Part shown: one piece after another, positions 25,905-36,511 of the stretch
Layout of the letters: each line of letters opens with the position of its first letter
Numbering within the stretch: position 1 is the first letter of the stretch
Source of the DNA: Treponemataceae bacterium
GTDB taxonomy: Bacteria; Spirochaetota; Spirochaetia; Treponematales; Rectinemataceae
Direction: 5' to 3'
Length of the DNA stretch: 64,000 bases
Assembly: GCA_963667725.2 (NCBI GenBank)
Contig: CAXXHO010000003.1
Location: 1,248,001 to 1,312,000, forward strand
Notes under the pieces: generated by a model
What the model was told of the DNA's origin: nothing
Seen by the model: the letters and a program-made list of their open reading frames with translations, nothing else
Databases searched by the model: none
Made by a program: the position numbers and the translations under genes

Positions 25905-26818
25905 GGTTTAGGGGGCTCCTTCGGCGCGGGCATAAGATGGTTCAGCAATTCCATGGGCAAGGGGAAGATGATCGTGGAGTTTTTCTCGACGGCGATCTCC
26001 GAGAGCGTCTGGAGATAGCGAAGCTGCATGGAAGTAGGCGCCGCGGCCATCACGGTAGCAGCCTGGGAAAGTTTTTCGCTCGCCTGAAGTTCGCCTTCGG
26101 CGGCGATGATCTTGGCCCGGCGCTCTCGTTCGGCCTCTGCCTGGCGCGCCATGGCCCGCTTCATCGTCTCGGCGAGTTCCACCGCCTTTATCTCGACGGC
26201 CGTCACCTTGATTCCCCATGGATCGGTGGCTTCATCTAAAAGCTGCTTGAGCAGCTGCCCCAGTTCAGCCCGCTTCGCGAGCATTTCGTCGAGCTCGTGC
26301 TGGCCAAGTACTGACCTGAGTATGGTTTGGGAAAGAAGGCTCGTGCTCTTCGTGTAGTCCGCCACCTTGTTCACCGCGAGCGTGGGATCGAAAACATTAA
26401 AGTAGACTACGGCATCGACGAGGACGGGCACGTTGTCGCGCGTGATCACTTCCTGTTTGGGCACATCGATGGTGAATGTCCGCATGTCGACCTTGCGCAT
26501 GATATCCAGTCCAAAAGGAAGCACGAGGTTGAAGCCGGGGCCGACGACGGCCATCATGCGCCCCAATCTGAAAAGCACGCCCCGCTGATATTCGTTGATT
26601 ATTCTCATCATGGGGATCATGACGAGCACAGGCACCGTGAAGAGGACTAAGGCTATAGGATCGCCCCAATAGCCGAGAGTCAATGTCGCGGCTGCCCAGA
26701 CGAGCCCAAAAGCCAGGAGGAAGAAGAAGACCGGCAGCTGCTTGCGGGAGAGCGAGATGAAGGCAAAACCGGCCCACCAAAGGCATACGAAGATGAAAGC
26801 GGCAAGGAACAGGGTCAT
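25901..26818 (-). CDS. SPFH/slipin (stomatin-like) protein
   Basis: EYQRGVLFRLG, VITRDNV, TDPWGIKV, AMARQAEAERERRAK and LRYLQTL. Confidence 0.93.
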   Translation of the reverse strand: MTLFLAAFIFVCLWWAGFAFISLSRKQLPVFFFLLAFGLVWAAATLTLGYWGDPIALVLFTVPVLVMIPMMRIINEYQRGVLFRLGRMMAVVGPGFNLVLPFGLDIMRKVDMRTFTIDVPKQEVITRDNVPVLVDAVVYFNVFDPTLAVNKVADYTKSTSLLSQTILRSVLGQHELDEMLAKRAELGQLLKQLLDEATDPWGIKVTAVEIKAVELAETMKRAMARQAEAERERRAKIIAAEGELQASEKLSQAATVMAAAPTSMQLRYLQTLSEIAVEKNSTIIFPLPMELLNHLMPAPKEPPKP

Positions 26819-26905
26819 GGAGCGCCTCCCTTTGCTGAAAATATATCCAAATCGGAGGTTGCTGTCACCGCGGGAATTGCGTATTTTTAAAGTGTGGAGG
26901 GAAAA

Positions 26906-27259
26906 ATGACGTTTTCCGATAAAATGAAGGATTTTTTTGAAAAGAGTTTCGACTCATCGAAGGATTTCTTGAACAAGGCCGGCTCGCAGGCGCAGGTCTG
27001 GGGCGAAAAGGGCAAGCTGAGGCTCGAGATTCTTCAGCTTCGCGCCAAGGCCCAATCCCTCACTGCCAAGCTGGGCGCTGGGGTATACGAGCTCCTCGTG
27101 GAAAAGGGAGAACCGATGATCGGGACCTATTCCGAGGGCATCGCTCCAATCATTGAACAGCTCAAGAACGTCGAGCGGGAGATAGCGGAGAAGGAATCGG
27201 CCTTCAAGCTCGCCGGCGGCCAGGACGCTGATCTCGACGGAGACGGAAACCCGGGCTGA
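26906..27259 (+). CDS. Hypothetical helical protein
   Basis: GGAGGG RBS, normal codon usage, coiled-coil-like sequence, acidic DLDGDG tail. Confidence 0.75.
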   Translation: MTFSDKMKDFFEKSFDSSKDFLNKAGSQAQVWGEKGKLRLEILQLRAKAQSLTAKLGAGVYELLVEKGEPMIGTYSEGIAPIIEQLKNVEREIAEKESAFKLAGGQDADLDGDGNPG

Positions 27260-27340
27260 TTCGGCATTTGAATCCGCGGAATTGACGCTGTCTCGATTCA
27301 TTGCTAGAGTGCCCTCGCATACAATTCGCGGGGGCATATT

Positions 27341-28003
27341 TTGACGCTAACATCCATTCAAGCCGTTATTTTCGACCTGGACGGCACGCTTGCCGACACG
27401 ATCGGCGATTTGGGCCGAGCGGTGAACTCCGTGCTCTCAGCCCACGGTTTCCCCGAACATTCTATACCTACGCTCAAGAATATGGTCGGCAACGGTTTCT
27501 CCGCGCTGATGAGGCGCGCCCTGCCCCAGGACATCGTCGAGAATGAGGCGCTCTTCCGCAGCCTCCTGGACGAGGCATCCTCTGCCTATTCCCGCATGGC
27601 CCTCGACACGACGAAACCCTATCCTGGAATCGTGGAGCTGCTTGCCTCCCTGCGCGAAAGAAAAATCGCCTGCGCCGTCCTTTCCAACAAACCCGACGCG
27701 ATGACCAGAGCGATGGTTTCTGCCTTATTCCCCGATATTCCCTTCATCGCCGTGATGGGCGACAGGCCTGGCCAGCCGCGAAAGCCGGATCCTTCCAGCG
27801 CCCTCGCCATAGCCGCGCTTTCCGGGATTTTCCCTTCCAAGTGGGCGTTCGTAGGCGATTCAGGCGTGGATATGAGAACGGGAGAGGCCTCCGGCATGCT
27901 CCCTTTGGGCGTGTCCTGGGGCTTCCGCGGCATCGAGGAGCTACTGGAGAACGGCGCGGCGGGAATTTTGGTAAAGCCGTACGACTTCCTGCATTACCTC
28001 TAG
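27341..28003 (+). CDS. HAD-family hydrolase (phosphoglycolate phosphatase-like)
   Basis: FDLDGTLADT, VLSNKP, KPDP, VGDSGVD and VSWGF. Confidence 0.9.
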   Translation: MTLTSIQAVIFDLDGTLADTIGDLGRAVNSVLSAHGFPEHSIPTLKNMVGNGFSALMRRALPQDIVENEALFRSLLDEASSAYSRMALDTTKPYPGIVELLASLRERKIACAVLSNKPDAMTRAMVSALFPDIPFIAVMGDRPGQPRKPDPSSALAIAALSGIFPSKWAFVGDSGVDMRTGEASGMLPLGVSWGFRGIEELLENGAAGILVKPYDFLHYL

Positions 28004-28149
28004 AGCCGTGACGCAGTTCTTCCCGTATTCCTACAAGAAATAGACGCCCCGCTGGTCGCGGCAGCCATATTGATTGCGCAAAACGCCTGAATTATTTATA
28101 CTCGCCGTAGGCTAGCCGAAGAGCCTTGTGAAGGTATGGAGGAGCGCTT

Positions 28150-29895
28150 ATGGAAAAATCAGTCCTGCTCGAGAGAGCCAGAGAATATGCAGCCCAAGAA
28201 AAAGACGTCCAGTTTGCCTCCGAAGTGAAGGATCTCCTTCTTAGGAACGACGATAAGGAGCTGGAGGACAGATTCTACCGGGATCTGGAATTCGGAACCG
28301 GCGGGCTCAGGGGCATCATTGGCGGCGGCTCCAACCGCATGAACACCCTCGTGGTGACGAGAGCAACGCAAGGACTCTGCGATTACCTTAAAGGCCAATT
28401 CCCCGCAAAGGCGCTCTCAGCCTGCGTAGCATACGATTCCAGGCGCCGCTCTGCGGATTTCGCCCTGGCCACCGCCCTCGTTTTTGCCGCCAACGGCATC
28501 AAAGCCTATCTTTTCCCTTCGCTGAGACCTACCCCGGAGCTCTCCTTCGCCATTCGCCAACTGGGCGCCGATACGGGCGTCGTCGTAACGGCGAGTCATA
28601 ATCCTCCGCAATATAACGGTTATAAAGCATATTGGAACGATGGTTCCCAGGTCGTTCCTCCTCACGATGTCGGCATCATCGAAAAAGTCCAGGCGGTCAA
28701 GAAAGTCGAGACCATGGACAAGGGCGAAGCCCTCGAAAAAGGCCTTCTCGTCATTCTGGATTCCAGGATCGACGACGCCTATGTAGCCATGGTGAAATCC
28801 AAGCTGCTCCGTCCCGCCCTCATCAAGAAGGAAGCCTCTTCGGTCAAGGTAGTCTATACGCCTCTCCACGGCACGGGCGCCATGCTCTTCGAGCGGATAA
28901 TGGGCGAATTGGGGCTCAATATCCTTACGGTACCTGAGCAGCGGCAGCCAGACGGGGAGTTTCCGACGGTTTCCTTTCCCAATCCTGAGGAACCTGCCGC
29001 GCTCAAGATGGCCATCGATCTGGGAATAAAAGAAAAGGCCGATGTCGTCATGGCGACCGACCCTGACGCGGACAGGCTGGGCATTGCCGTACCGGACAAA
29101 AGCGGAAAATTCGTCCTTGTCACAGGCAATCAGCTCGGCGCCCTCCACCTCGATTATCTCCTTTTCTCGCTTGCCGAACTCGGGAAAATGCCACCCCGCC
29201 CCGCCTGCGTCAAAAGCATCGTGACGACAAATTTCCAGACGGCCATAGCGGCCAAATACAACGTCGAGTGCCGCGAATGCCTGACCGGCTTCAAGTGGAT
29301 AGCTGAGATCATGCGCAAGTTCGAGGCCGAAGGCAAGGATTTTATATACGGCACCGAGGAAAGCTACGGCCACCTCATCGAGATGGAAGTCCGCGACAAG
29401 GATGGCATCTCGGCCGCCGCGCTCACCGCCGAAATGACGCTCTACTGGCGCTCGAAAGGGAAAAGCCTTCTCGACAGGCTGGACGAACTCTACGCCGAAT
29501 TCGGCTACTACGAGGAAAAAGGCATAAGCAAGTATTTTCAGGGTCCCACGGGCATGGGAACGATGACGGGGATAATGAATGACTACAGACATAGGCAGCC
29601 TATCGCCCTCGGAGGGATTCCCGTCGTGAGCATTCGCGACATCCAGACCGGGAAGGAGTGGGATGTCGGATCGACCGCGTATCGCGCGATAGACCTGCCC
29701 GAAAGCGATGTCCTTCAGTGGCGCCTACGAGACGGGACCTTCGTGACGGTAAGGCCTTCCGGCACAGAGCCCAAGATCAAATATTACATTCTCTGCCGGA
29801 CCGATGCCGATGCTATCGGAATCGAGGCGGCGCGACTTCAGACAAAAGACAAAATCTCGGCCATCGAAGCTGATATCCGTAAGGTCATAGGCTGA
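28150..29895 (+). CDS. pgm: Phosphoglucomutase/phosphomannomutase
   Basis: FGTGGLRG, TASHNP phosphoserine loop, DPDADR, EESYG and RPSGTEPKIK. Confidence 0.93.
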   Translation: MEKSVLLERAREYAAQEKDVQFASEVKDLLLRNDDKELEDRFYRDLEFGTGGLRGIIGGGSNRMNTLVVTRATQGLCDYLKGQFPAKALSACVAYDSRRRSADFALATALVFAANGIKAYLFPSLRPTPELSFAIRQLGADTGVVVTASHNPPQYNGYKAYWNDGSQVVPPHDVGIIEKVQAVKKVETMDKGEALEKGLLVILDSRIDDAYVAMVKSKLLRPALIKKEASSVKVVYTPLHGTGAMLFERIMGELGLNILTVPEQRQPDGEFPTVSFPNPEEPAALKMAIDLGIKEKADVVMATDPDADRLGIAVPDKSGKFVLVTGNQLGALHLDYLLFSLAELGKMPPRPACVKSIVTTNFQTAIAAKYNVECRECLTGFKWIAEIMRKFEAEGKDFIYGTEESYGHLIEMEVRDKDGISAAALTAEMTLYWRSKGKSLLDRLDELYAEFGYYEEKGISKYFQGPTGMGTMTGIMNDYRHRQPIALGGIPVVSIRDIQTGKEWDVGSTAYRAIDLPESDVLQWRLRDGTFVTVRPSGTEPKIKYYILCRTDADAIGIEAARLQTKDKISAIEADIRKVIG

Positions 29896-30605
29896 TGGCG
29901 TTGAATTCCAATTTTCCCGGAGGCGCTCCCCTTTGGTCCCGATATGTTCATCCATCATCGCAGCAGGATATAAGACCGGCGCCCAGAGGATGGATACAGC
30001 CTGATGGTGCCCAACGCCTGCCTCCCCCCGAAGGCGCTCCCGACGATTGTCCTCTGCCCTGTGACTGGGACAAGCGAGGCTATGCCGCCCTCGATGTCGA
30101 GACGACAGGCCTCGACGCCTTCCAGGACCGAGTCATAGAAATCGGCATCGTCCTTTTTTCCTTCGATGCCGAAGGAGCCCTCATCGAAGAGAAAACCTGG
30201 GAAAGCCTTATAAATCCGGGCATCGCCATTCCGGCATCGTCGACGGCCATACATGGCATAACCGACCTGGATGTGTGGGCCTCGCCAACCTTCAAGGATC
30301 TTTCCGATAGAGTGAATGGCTTTTTGGAAGGACGCGTCATGGTAGCCCACAACGCGCCTTTCGACGCGGGATTCATTTCCGAGGAATTTTCGCGCCTCGG
30401 AAAGATTTCGCCGATACGCGAAATGGCAGACAGTCTTGTCCTACTGAGGCAGGCAGTCCCTAACTTGATTTCCTACAGCCTGGGCAAGGCAGCTTTCGTC
30501 CTCGGCGTAGAAACGGGGACGTCTCACAGGGCTCTCGATGACGCCAGAACATGCATGAAACTTTTCACCCATAGCGCGCGCAAACTCGCGGGATTATGCG
30601 CTTGA
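29895..30605 (+). CDS. DEDDh 3'-5' exonuclease (DnaQ-like)
   Basis: ALDVETTG, AHNAPFD and HRALDDA. Confidence 0.9.
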   Translation: MALNSNFPGGAPLWSRYVHPSSQQDIRPAPRGWIQPDGAQRLPPPEGAPDDCPLPCDWDKRGYAALDVETTGLDAFQDRVIEIGIVLFSFDAEGALIEEKTWESLINPGIAIPASSTAIHGITDLDVWASPTFKDLSDRVNGFLEGRVMVAHNAPFDAGFISEEFSRLGKISPIREMADSLVLLRQAVPNLISYSLGKAAFVLGVETGTSHRALDDARTCMKLFTHSARKLAGLCA

Positions 30606-30618
30606 GGACCTCATCGCG

Positions 30619-31641
30619 ATGAATTCATCCAAAGACCCGCGTTCCTTCCGCCTCATGCTGCTTGTCCTGATTCCCTGCCTCGCTCTGGGATGCGTCCTAT
30701 TGATGAAACCCTCAGCCTCAAGCCTCGCCGATAGGATATCCTCCCAGGACAACGATCCTGTTTCCCTGAATTCATTGAGAGATTCGGAAATACTATCGAT
30801 GCTCTCTGCCCAGGAAATCGGTTCTATGGAACCCGGGCAGGTGAAAGAGCTGGGCTCCCTATTGACCGCGAGGGCGCTAAAAAAGAAAAGAGATCCCGCG
30901 GAGTACCTGTCTTCGGCCTTTCCGAGCGCCTCCGAAACATTGGCCATGCTTGCGAGAGACAGGGATGTGGATGATTACCTGGAAAACGCGGCGGATAAAG
31001 GTCCGGCCGGCGCCTATTATCAATCTGTCGTCGATCTGGTGCCCGCCTTCCAGCCGCTGCGCGGCAACTATGGAAAGCTTTTTGAGGGCGTTTACGAAAC
31101 CATGGAGGGAAAGGGCAAAGTCCGGATTCCGTCACAGGCCTATGCCGACGCGGGTCTCTATAAAAGCGGCGTCACCCTCCCCGGCCTGTCATCCAAACCC
31201 AGGGAAAGCGATTATGATTATTCCCACACCTTCGCTCTGGATATTTTCCTGAAGGATGTGGATTTGCTTCCCTTCAGCACGCTTCAAAAAGGACCTGTCA
31301 TCTTCTCGTTCACCGACGCCATCGTCGTCGCGACCGACTCGTCCTGGCACGGAGGCGAAGATCTGACCACCTATCGCTCCGGAGGGATCACCCCAAAGGC
31401 CGGCAACGGCGTCATCCTGTATTCCCCGAAAAAAAACAAGTATTATCTCTTTTTTCACCTCTTCGACGTACTCGTAAAGCCGGGCGAAGTCATCCCCGCT
31501 GGATATCCCCTGGGCCATGGGGGAAACACGGGCACCAACGCCAGAAAAAAGGGGCACGGGGAGCACCTTCATCTGGAGATTTATGATGTCGCCAGTTCCC
31601 GCTTCCTTCGCAACTATGAAATCGCGGACATTGTCTTCTGA
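30619..31641 (+). CDS. Membrane-anchored M23-family metallopeptidase-like protein
   Basis: N-terminal TM, HTFALD, GNGVIL, FFHL, GGNTG and HLHLEI. Confidence 0.75.
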   Translation: MNSSKDPRSFRLMLLVLIPCLALGCVLLMKPSASSLADRISSQDNDPVSLNSLRDSEILSMLSAQEIGSMEPGQVKELGSLLTARALKKKRDPAEYLSSAFPSASETLAMLARDRDVDDYLENAADKGPAGAYYQSVVDLVPAFQPLRGNYGKLFEGVYETMEGKGKVRIPSQAYADAGLYKSGVTLPGLSSKPRESDYDYSHTFALDIFLKDVDLLPFSTLQKGPVIFSFTDAIVVATDSSWHGGEDLTTYRSGGITPKAGNGVILYSPKKNKYYLFFHLFDVLVKPGEVIPAGYPLGHGGNTGTNARKKGHGEHLHLEIYDVASSRFLRNYEIADIVF

Positions 31642-31665
31642 ATTTTCTTTCGATAGAATGCTTCA

Positions 31666-32748
31666 ATGAGCGAAAACACGATAGACGACCTCATCCTCGC
31701 CGCGGACATAGGCGGTACCAATACCAATCTCGCGCTCGTACGCCATGCTCAAGGCAATTTCACCATCGTTCTATCACGTCGATATTCGACGCAAGCAGAA
31801 ACTTCCCTGATCGATCCCATGGCCCGCTTTCTCGATCTGGCCCGAAGCGAAGGACTAGGCGGCCATGTCAAAGTCTGTTGCATATCGGCGGCCGGGCCGG
31901 TGAAAGATGGCGCGATACAGCTTACCAATGCCCCCTGGGCGATTCGCGCTTCCGAAATCAACGAGCGTTTTGGCTTCTCCGTTCACCTTATAAACGATTT
32001 TACGGCGATATCCTACGCCGTCGTGCTCCTCGACGCCGCCAACCGAAAGGAGATTACGCCGATACCGCATACCGACGGTTCCGAGCCTCTGCCCGGAACT
32101 GGAGTCGCCCTCGTTGTCGGAGCGGGCACGGGTCTGGGCGTTGGATTTGTAGACAGGCACGCCGACGGCAGCTGCATAGTCTATCCTTCCGAGGGAGGTC
32201 ATTCGTCCTTGCCTTGCTGGGACGATTTAAGCCTTGCCTTTTTCCGCTGGGTCCAGGCAAAAATCGGGTTTGATCCCGGCATCGAGCTGGCCGTGTCAGG
32301 CCAGGGCATCGACAACATCTTTTCCTTCCTTTGTTCGGAAGCTTTCGATCCTCGTTCCGCCACTTGCCCGATAGACGCGGTCCCCGCCCCTTTCGCGCTC
32401 TCCATACTCGCAAAACCCGAACATGAGCGTCCCGCTCTCATCGCTTCGAACAGGGAAAAGGACCCGCGCTGTTCGCTGGCCATGGAACTCTTCTGCGAAT
32501 TCTACGCGCGGAAGGTTTCGAGCCTTGCCGCTTCTTTACTCCCCTCCGGAGGGATATACTTGGCGGGAGGCATCTCGTCGAAAAACGAAAGCTTCCTCCT
32601 GGAAAACCATAGATTCATGCGGATTTTTGAACGCAACTATGCTCCCCACATAAGGGACTTGCTGGCTAAAACTCCGGTGGTGATCGTCAAGAACTACTCG
32701 ATATCGCTCATCGGCGCCGCGAATGCGGCCGTTCAACTTGGGAGATAA
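31666..32748 (+). CDS. glk: Glucokinase
   Basis: ADIGGTN, LTNAPW, LINDF, GAGTGLG, SEGGH and GGIYLAGGI. Confidence 0.92.
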   Translation: MSENTIDDLILAADIGGTNTNLALVRHAQGNFTIVLSRRYSTQAETSLIDPMARFLDLARSEGLGGHVKVCCISAAGPVKDGAIQLTNAPWAIRASEINERFGFSVHLINDFTAISYAVVLLDAANRKEITPIPHTDGSEPLPGTGVALVVGAGTGLGVGFVDRHADGSCIVYPSEGGHSSLPCWDDLSLAFFRWVQAKIGFDPGIELAVSGQGIDNIFSFLCSEAFDPRSATCPIDAVPAPFALSILAKPEHERPALIASNREKDPRCSLAMELFCEFYARKVSSLAASLLPSGGIYLAGGISSKNESFLLENHRFMRIFERNYAPHIRDLLAKTPVVIVKNYSISLIGAANAAVQLGR

Positions 32749-32753
32749 AACCG

Positions 32754-34349
32754 ATGCAAGACATCTCCGCCGAACTGCGCAAGGACATGGAAGCCAAGGG
32801 GATTGACGTTCCGCTCTCCCTTGAAATCCTCGAAAACTACAATGCCGGATACTATGACGAGGTTAAGCCGGTACGGGCAAAAGGCGTGCCTTTGATGGAT
32901 GGGGTATCGGTCATTGACCTGAGGAATGCGACGCGCGAGGATAAACCGGTCTTTTCCTGCGACGCCGCGCAGGCTCAGGAAAATCTCGCGGTTTTTGGCG
33001 TGGATTTGTCCGGCTCGCCTTTCGGAAAGCGCGGCAGCGCCGTTGCCGGCGCCGACGCTTTAGGCAGGATTGGCTTCAGCGGTCCTGATCTTCTCTCGAT
33101 AGGGAAAGCCATACTTCCCTTCACGGCCTATGGCATTCTCAACGGCGGTTCGGCGACCAGCTATGCAGACGGCAAGAAAAACCTTGCCCTAGGCAAGGAA
33201 ACCTTCGAGGCTGTGGCCTCGGTTTTCGCTTCCATGGCTCCCCTATGCAGGGATATGCCCAAGGGCGTCACCCCCGCCTATATAAACCCCGACGGCAGTC
33301 CCGGGGCTAGTTTTCTCGAACTGAAGATGCGCGCCAGGCTCCTCCTCGCTGCTAGTCTCCAGCCTGCAAAAACCGGCAAGATCCTCCAAGAAGAGACAGA
33401 CGTTCAAAGCATGGAATTTCTCCCGCTTTTCCAGATGACAAGCATGTCCAACGACAAGACGCTCGCCGACTTTTACGAAAAAGCGCGTTCATCGATCTTC
33501 CTTCAACCGCTCGCGCGGAAAACCGGCTTGGATCCCGCCACTTGGCTGACCGGCATACAGCCGATGATCGCGGCCTTCAGCCATTCATCGGAGGGAAGAC
33601 CCAAGAGAATTTTCGACAAGGCATATGGAGCGGGAAATTCCTGCCTCCCTCTTCCCGGCGGTCACGGCCAGTGTTTCCGCGTCCTTCGCTCCATTTTCAC
33701 CGAACTCCATGAGAGGGGAATCCGTTATGCCTGCCTAGGCAACGTCGACAATCTCGGCTTTACCCCGGATCCCCTGGAGCTGGCGATCCTGGCCATCTCG
33801 GGCCGTCCGGCCGCCTTCGATTTCGCCGTCCGTACGCCCATGGACGTCAAGGGCGGGATCCTCGTCGAGACCTCGGAAAGCGGCCTCACCGTGGCTGACA
33901 TAGGCGCGGCCATAAGTTTTGAGGCGATGCTCGATCTCGAACGCAAAGGTTTTCCGATACTTTTCAATTGCGCCTCGGGAATTTTCGATCTCGATTATCT
34001 TGTGCCGAGAATTGAGGAGATTGCCAGAAGACTTCCCGTTCGATTCAGCGACCAGGACAAGGATGCCGGCAAATATTCGCAGGCCGAACAAGTCACCTGG
34101 GAGGTTACGGGAATCCTGCCGTCGTTCATCGCCTTCGCCGTCGAAAAGGAAGAACGATTTATCGCCGCCAAACTCCTCATCGATACGCTGCTGACGAGCG
34201 GCGTCGGCGCTGAGAATCTTGCCCTGCCCGAAAATATGAGAGCAACGGCGACCAAGCTGCACGCTGGCCTCGCGTCCTTGCTCAGGAATACCTATGGGCT
34301 TGAGCTTTCATGCGATAAGTGGACGCCGAAAGAACTTCTTTCCACGTAG
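32754..34349 (+). CDS. UTP-glucose-1-phosphate uridylyltransferase, eukaryote-type (UDPGP) family
   Basis: LNGGSATSY, PGGHG, GNVDNLG, DVKGG, FN and RF..AK motifs. Adjacent to glk. Confidence 0.75.
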   Translation: MQDISAELRKDMEAKGIDVPLSLEILENYNAGYYDEVKPVRAKGVPLMDGVSVIDLRNATREDKPVFSCDAAQAQENLAVFGVDLSGSPFGKRGSAVAGADALGRIGFSGPDLLSIGKAILPFTAYGILNGGSATSYADGKKNLALGKETFEAVASVFASMAPLCRDMPKGVTPAYINPDGSPGASFLELKMRARLLLAASLQPAKTGKILQEETDVQSMEFLPLFQMTSMSNDKTLADFYEKARSSIFLQPLARKTGLDPATWLTGIQPMIAAFSHSSEGRPKRIFDKAYGAGNSCLPLPGGHGQCFRVLRSIFTELHERGIRYACLGNVDNLGFTPDPLELAILAISGRPAAFDFAVRTPMDVKGGILVETSESGLTVADIGAAISFEAMLDLERKGFPILFNCASGIFDLDYLVPRIEEIARRLPVRFSDQDKDAGKYSQAEQVTWEVTGILPSFIAFAVEKEERFIAAKLLIDTLLTSGVGAENLALPENMRATATKLHAGLASLLRNTYGLELSCDKWTPKELLST

Positions 34350-34380
34350 CCGAGCGAGGCTTTTCATATAGTAGGAGAAA

Positions 34381-36495
34381 TCAGCTCCTCTCCCGCCCCA
34401 CAGGGTTCGCGACTTTACGGATATTCACCCTAATGCCGTGCATCACGCAGGAAGTGCTTTCTTCCGTGCCTTTTGTCGAGGTGAGGTGGTTGGCTGAGCC
34501 GAGCGCTTTTTTTTCTCCCCATGGATCAATGCACCAGGTTCCCTCGGGAAGCGACACTACGCCCCTCATTATCGTCTTGGAAACAGCCACGGCAGCCACG
34601 GTCTCTCCCGTTTCGGAGATAATTTTCGCCATATCGCCTTCCGCCAACCCCAGGCCCTGGGCGTCGGATTCGTTCATTAAGAGCGTATTAAGCAGGATTT
34701 TCTCGGGGTAATCGGCGCCTTGCGAATGGACACGCCCGGCCATCTTGGGCGTGACGAGAAGCCAGGATGGTGGCGACGCCGCTGCATCCCGCGAACCAGC
34801 GTCCGGCCAGCCGGCATCCCTCCAACCGATCCAGCCCTTGCCGGCCCCGAACTCGATTTTGCCCGATGCCGTGCCCAAGGCATGCCCCGCAGGATCCGAG
34901 GCAAAGCTCGCCAGGCCGGTTCTTTCCTGATCCGCGCCGAAATATATTCCATCCCGCTTGAACGTCTCGAGATCGGGGATTTTCGATGATTCCAGGAAAA
35001 AATCTATCCACTCCTCGGCGCTTCGCCCGCCGGTAAATGCCCGCTCCGCGCCGAACCGCGACGCCAATTCCCTGAATATCTCGAAATCGGATCTTTCCTC
35101 AGCCTCATAGGGAAGGATTTGAGGTTTGTAGAGAACATAATTTCCCGCCCAGGGAACTCCGACATCCTCTTTTTGCAGGGGTGAAGCCGCGGGCAGAACG
35201 ATGTCGCAGTAAGCGGCCGTGGGCGTCATGAAGAGTTCGTGGCAGACAGCGAAATCCAGGGATTCGAAGGCTTTGATATTCTTGGCGATATCGGCGCCCT
35301 GATTGAGGAAATTGCCGCCGGCGGAATAAATGGCGTGGACGTTCGAGGCATAGGCGGGCTGACCTTCGAGGATGGAGTCCGCCCAGCGCAGCACGGGTAC
35401 ATGCCGGTTGCCGCTGCCGTCGCCTTCATCCATCGCCCCTACGCTGACTCCCGGCATCCGATTGTTGAGAGAACCCGAAGATCCTCCCGGAAGGGCGAAA
35501 TTTCCCGTAGCAAGCTGAAGGGCAACACAGAGTCGAGCCGCTTCTTCGCCTGTCTCGGTTCGTTGAATCGAGTATCCGGGAATAAGCATAGTCGGCCTTG
35601 TCGCCGCCCACCGCCGCGCCAGGTCCACGATGGTTTCGGCATTCACGCCGCATAGATCGGCGGCCCAGGAGGGACTCTTCTCGACGCCATCTATGGCGCC
35701 AGCGACATAGTCAAGAATTTCATCGAAGCCCACGGCTCTCGCTTCGATATAGTCCATATCCAATAGGTTCTGTTTTAGAAGCACATGAAGAACGGCGTAC
35801 ATGAAGGCCGAATCGGTGCCGGGCCTGACGGGAATCCACTCGGCCTGGACAGCTTCCGCCGTCTTCGTCCTACGCGGATCGATCGACAGTACGGGTACGC
35901 CCCGCCTTGCCGCTTCCATAAGCCGAGTCCCCATTTCCGCCCCGAGTCTTGCCTCGAGAATATTGGCGCCCCAGAGGATGATCATCGCGCTCTTGTCCAT
36001 GGTCGCCGCGTCGAATCCCGAACGGCCGTAATCCTGTCCGAACATTTTTTTCAACGCGAAACTGGCAGCATTGCTCGAATAGCTGCCGTCCAGGACGGTG
36101 CATCCGCCGATCGCGTTGAAAAATCGGCGCGTCAGTTTTTCGGTATTGTGAAGAGCTCCCGTGGAACCCGCGCTGGAAAGGCTGAGCACGGAATGCGGGC
36201 CGTGGCTTTCCCTGCAGGTAGACAGGCCATCCTTGATCCTATCAAGGGCTTCATCCCAGGCAATCTTCCGGAACTGGCCGGAACCGCGAGGACCAACCCT
36301 CAGCAGGGGCGTCTTCAATCGTTCGGGAGAATAATGAAAATGCGGAAGGGCAAACCCTTTCGGACAGCCCCGTATATAGGGACCCGCGGCCGGGTTGTGG
36401 CGGATTCTCAAAACCCTGCCCTCTTCGACTTCGGCGAGAAGAGGACAGGCGTCGCCTCCGCAGTCGCGGCCGCAAAAAACCGGCATTGTCGTCAT
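34381..36495 (-). CDS. Molybdopterin-dependent oxidoreductase, DMSO reductase family, no export signal
   Basis: CGRDCGGDAC..C Fe-S motif, RLKTPL, WDEALD, WGAN, IDPRRT, RPGTD, DIVLPA, and a C-terminal MGD-binding domain. Confidence 0.9.
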   Translation of the reverse strand: MTTMPVFCGRDCGGDACPLLAEVEEGRVLRIRHNPAAGPYIRGCPKGFALPHFHYSPERLKTPLLRVGPRGSGQFRKIAWDEALDRIKDGLSTCRESHGPHSVLSLSSAGSTGALHNTEKLTRRFFNAIGGCTVLDGSYSSNAASFALKKMFGQDYGRSGFDAATMDKSAMIILWGANILEARLGAEMGTRLMEAARRGVPVLSIDPRRTKTAEAVQAEWIPVRPGTDSAFMYAVLHVLLKQNLLDMDYIEARAVGFDEILDYVAGAIDGVEKSPSWAADLCGVNAETIVDLARRWAATRPTMLIPGYSIQRTETGEEAARLCVALQLATGNFALPGGSSGSLNNRMPGVSVGAMDEGDGSGNRHVPVLRWADSILEGQPAYASNVHAIYSAGGNFLNQGADIAKNIKAFESLDFAVCHELFMTPTAAYCDIVLPAASPLQKEDVGVPWAGNYVLYKPQILPYEAEERSDFEIFRELASRFGAERAFTGGRSAEEWIDFFLESSKIPDLETFKRDGIYFGADQERTGLASFASDPAGHALGTASGKIEFGAGKGWIGWRDAGWPDAGSRDAAASPPSWLLVTPKMAGRVHSQGADYPEKILLNTLLMNESDAQGLGLAEGDMAKIISETGETVAAVAVSKTIMRGVVSLPEGTWCIDPWGEKKALGSANHLTSTKGTEESTSCVMHGIRVNIRKVANPVGRERS

Positions 36496-36511
36496 GATGA
36501 CGGCGATCTTA

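Noticed and set aside
27220..27259. DLDGDG calcium-binding-like motif at the end of a hypothetical protein
   Set aside because: Single terminal motif without flanking structure; too weak to call.
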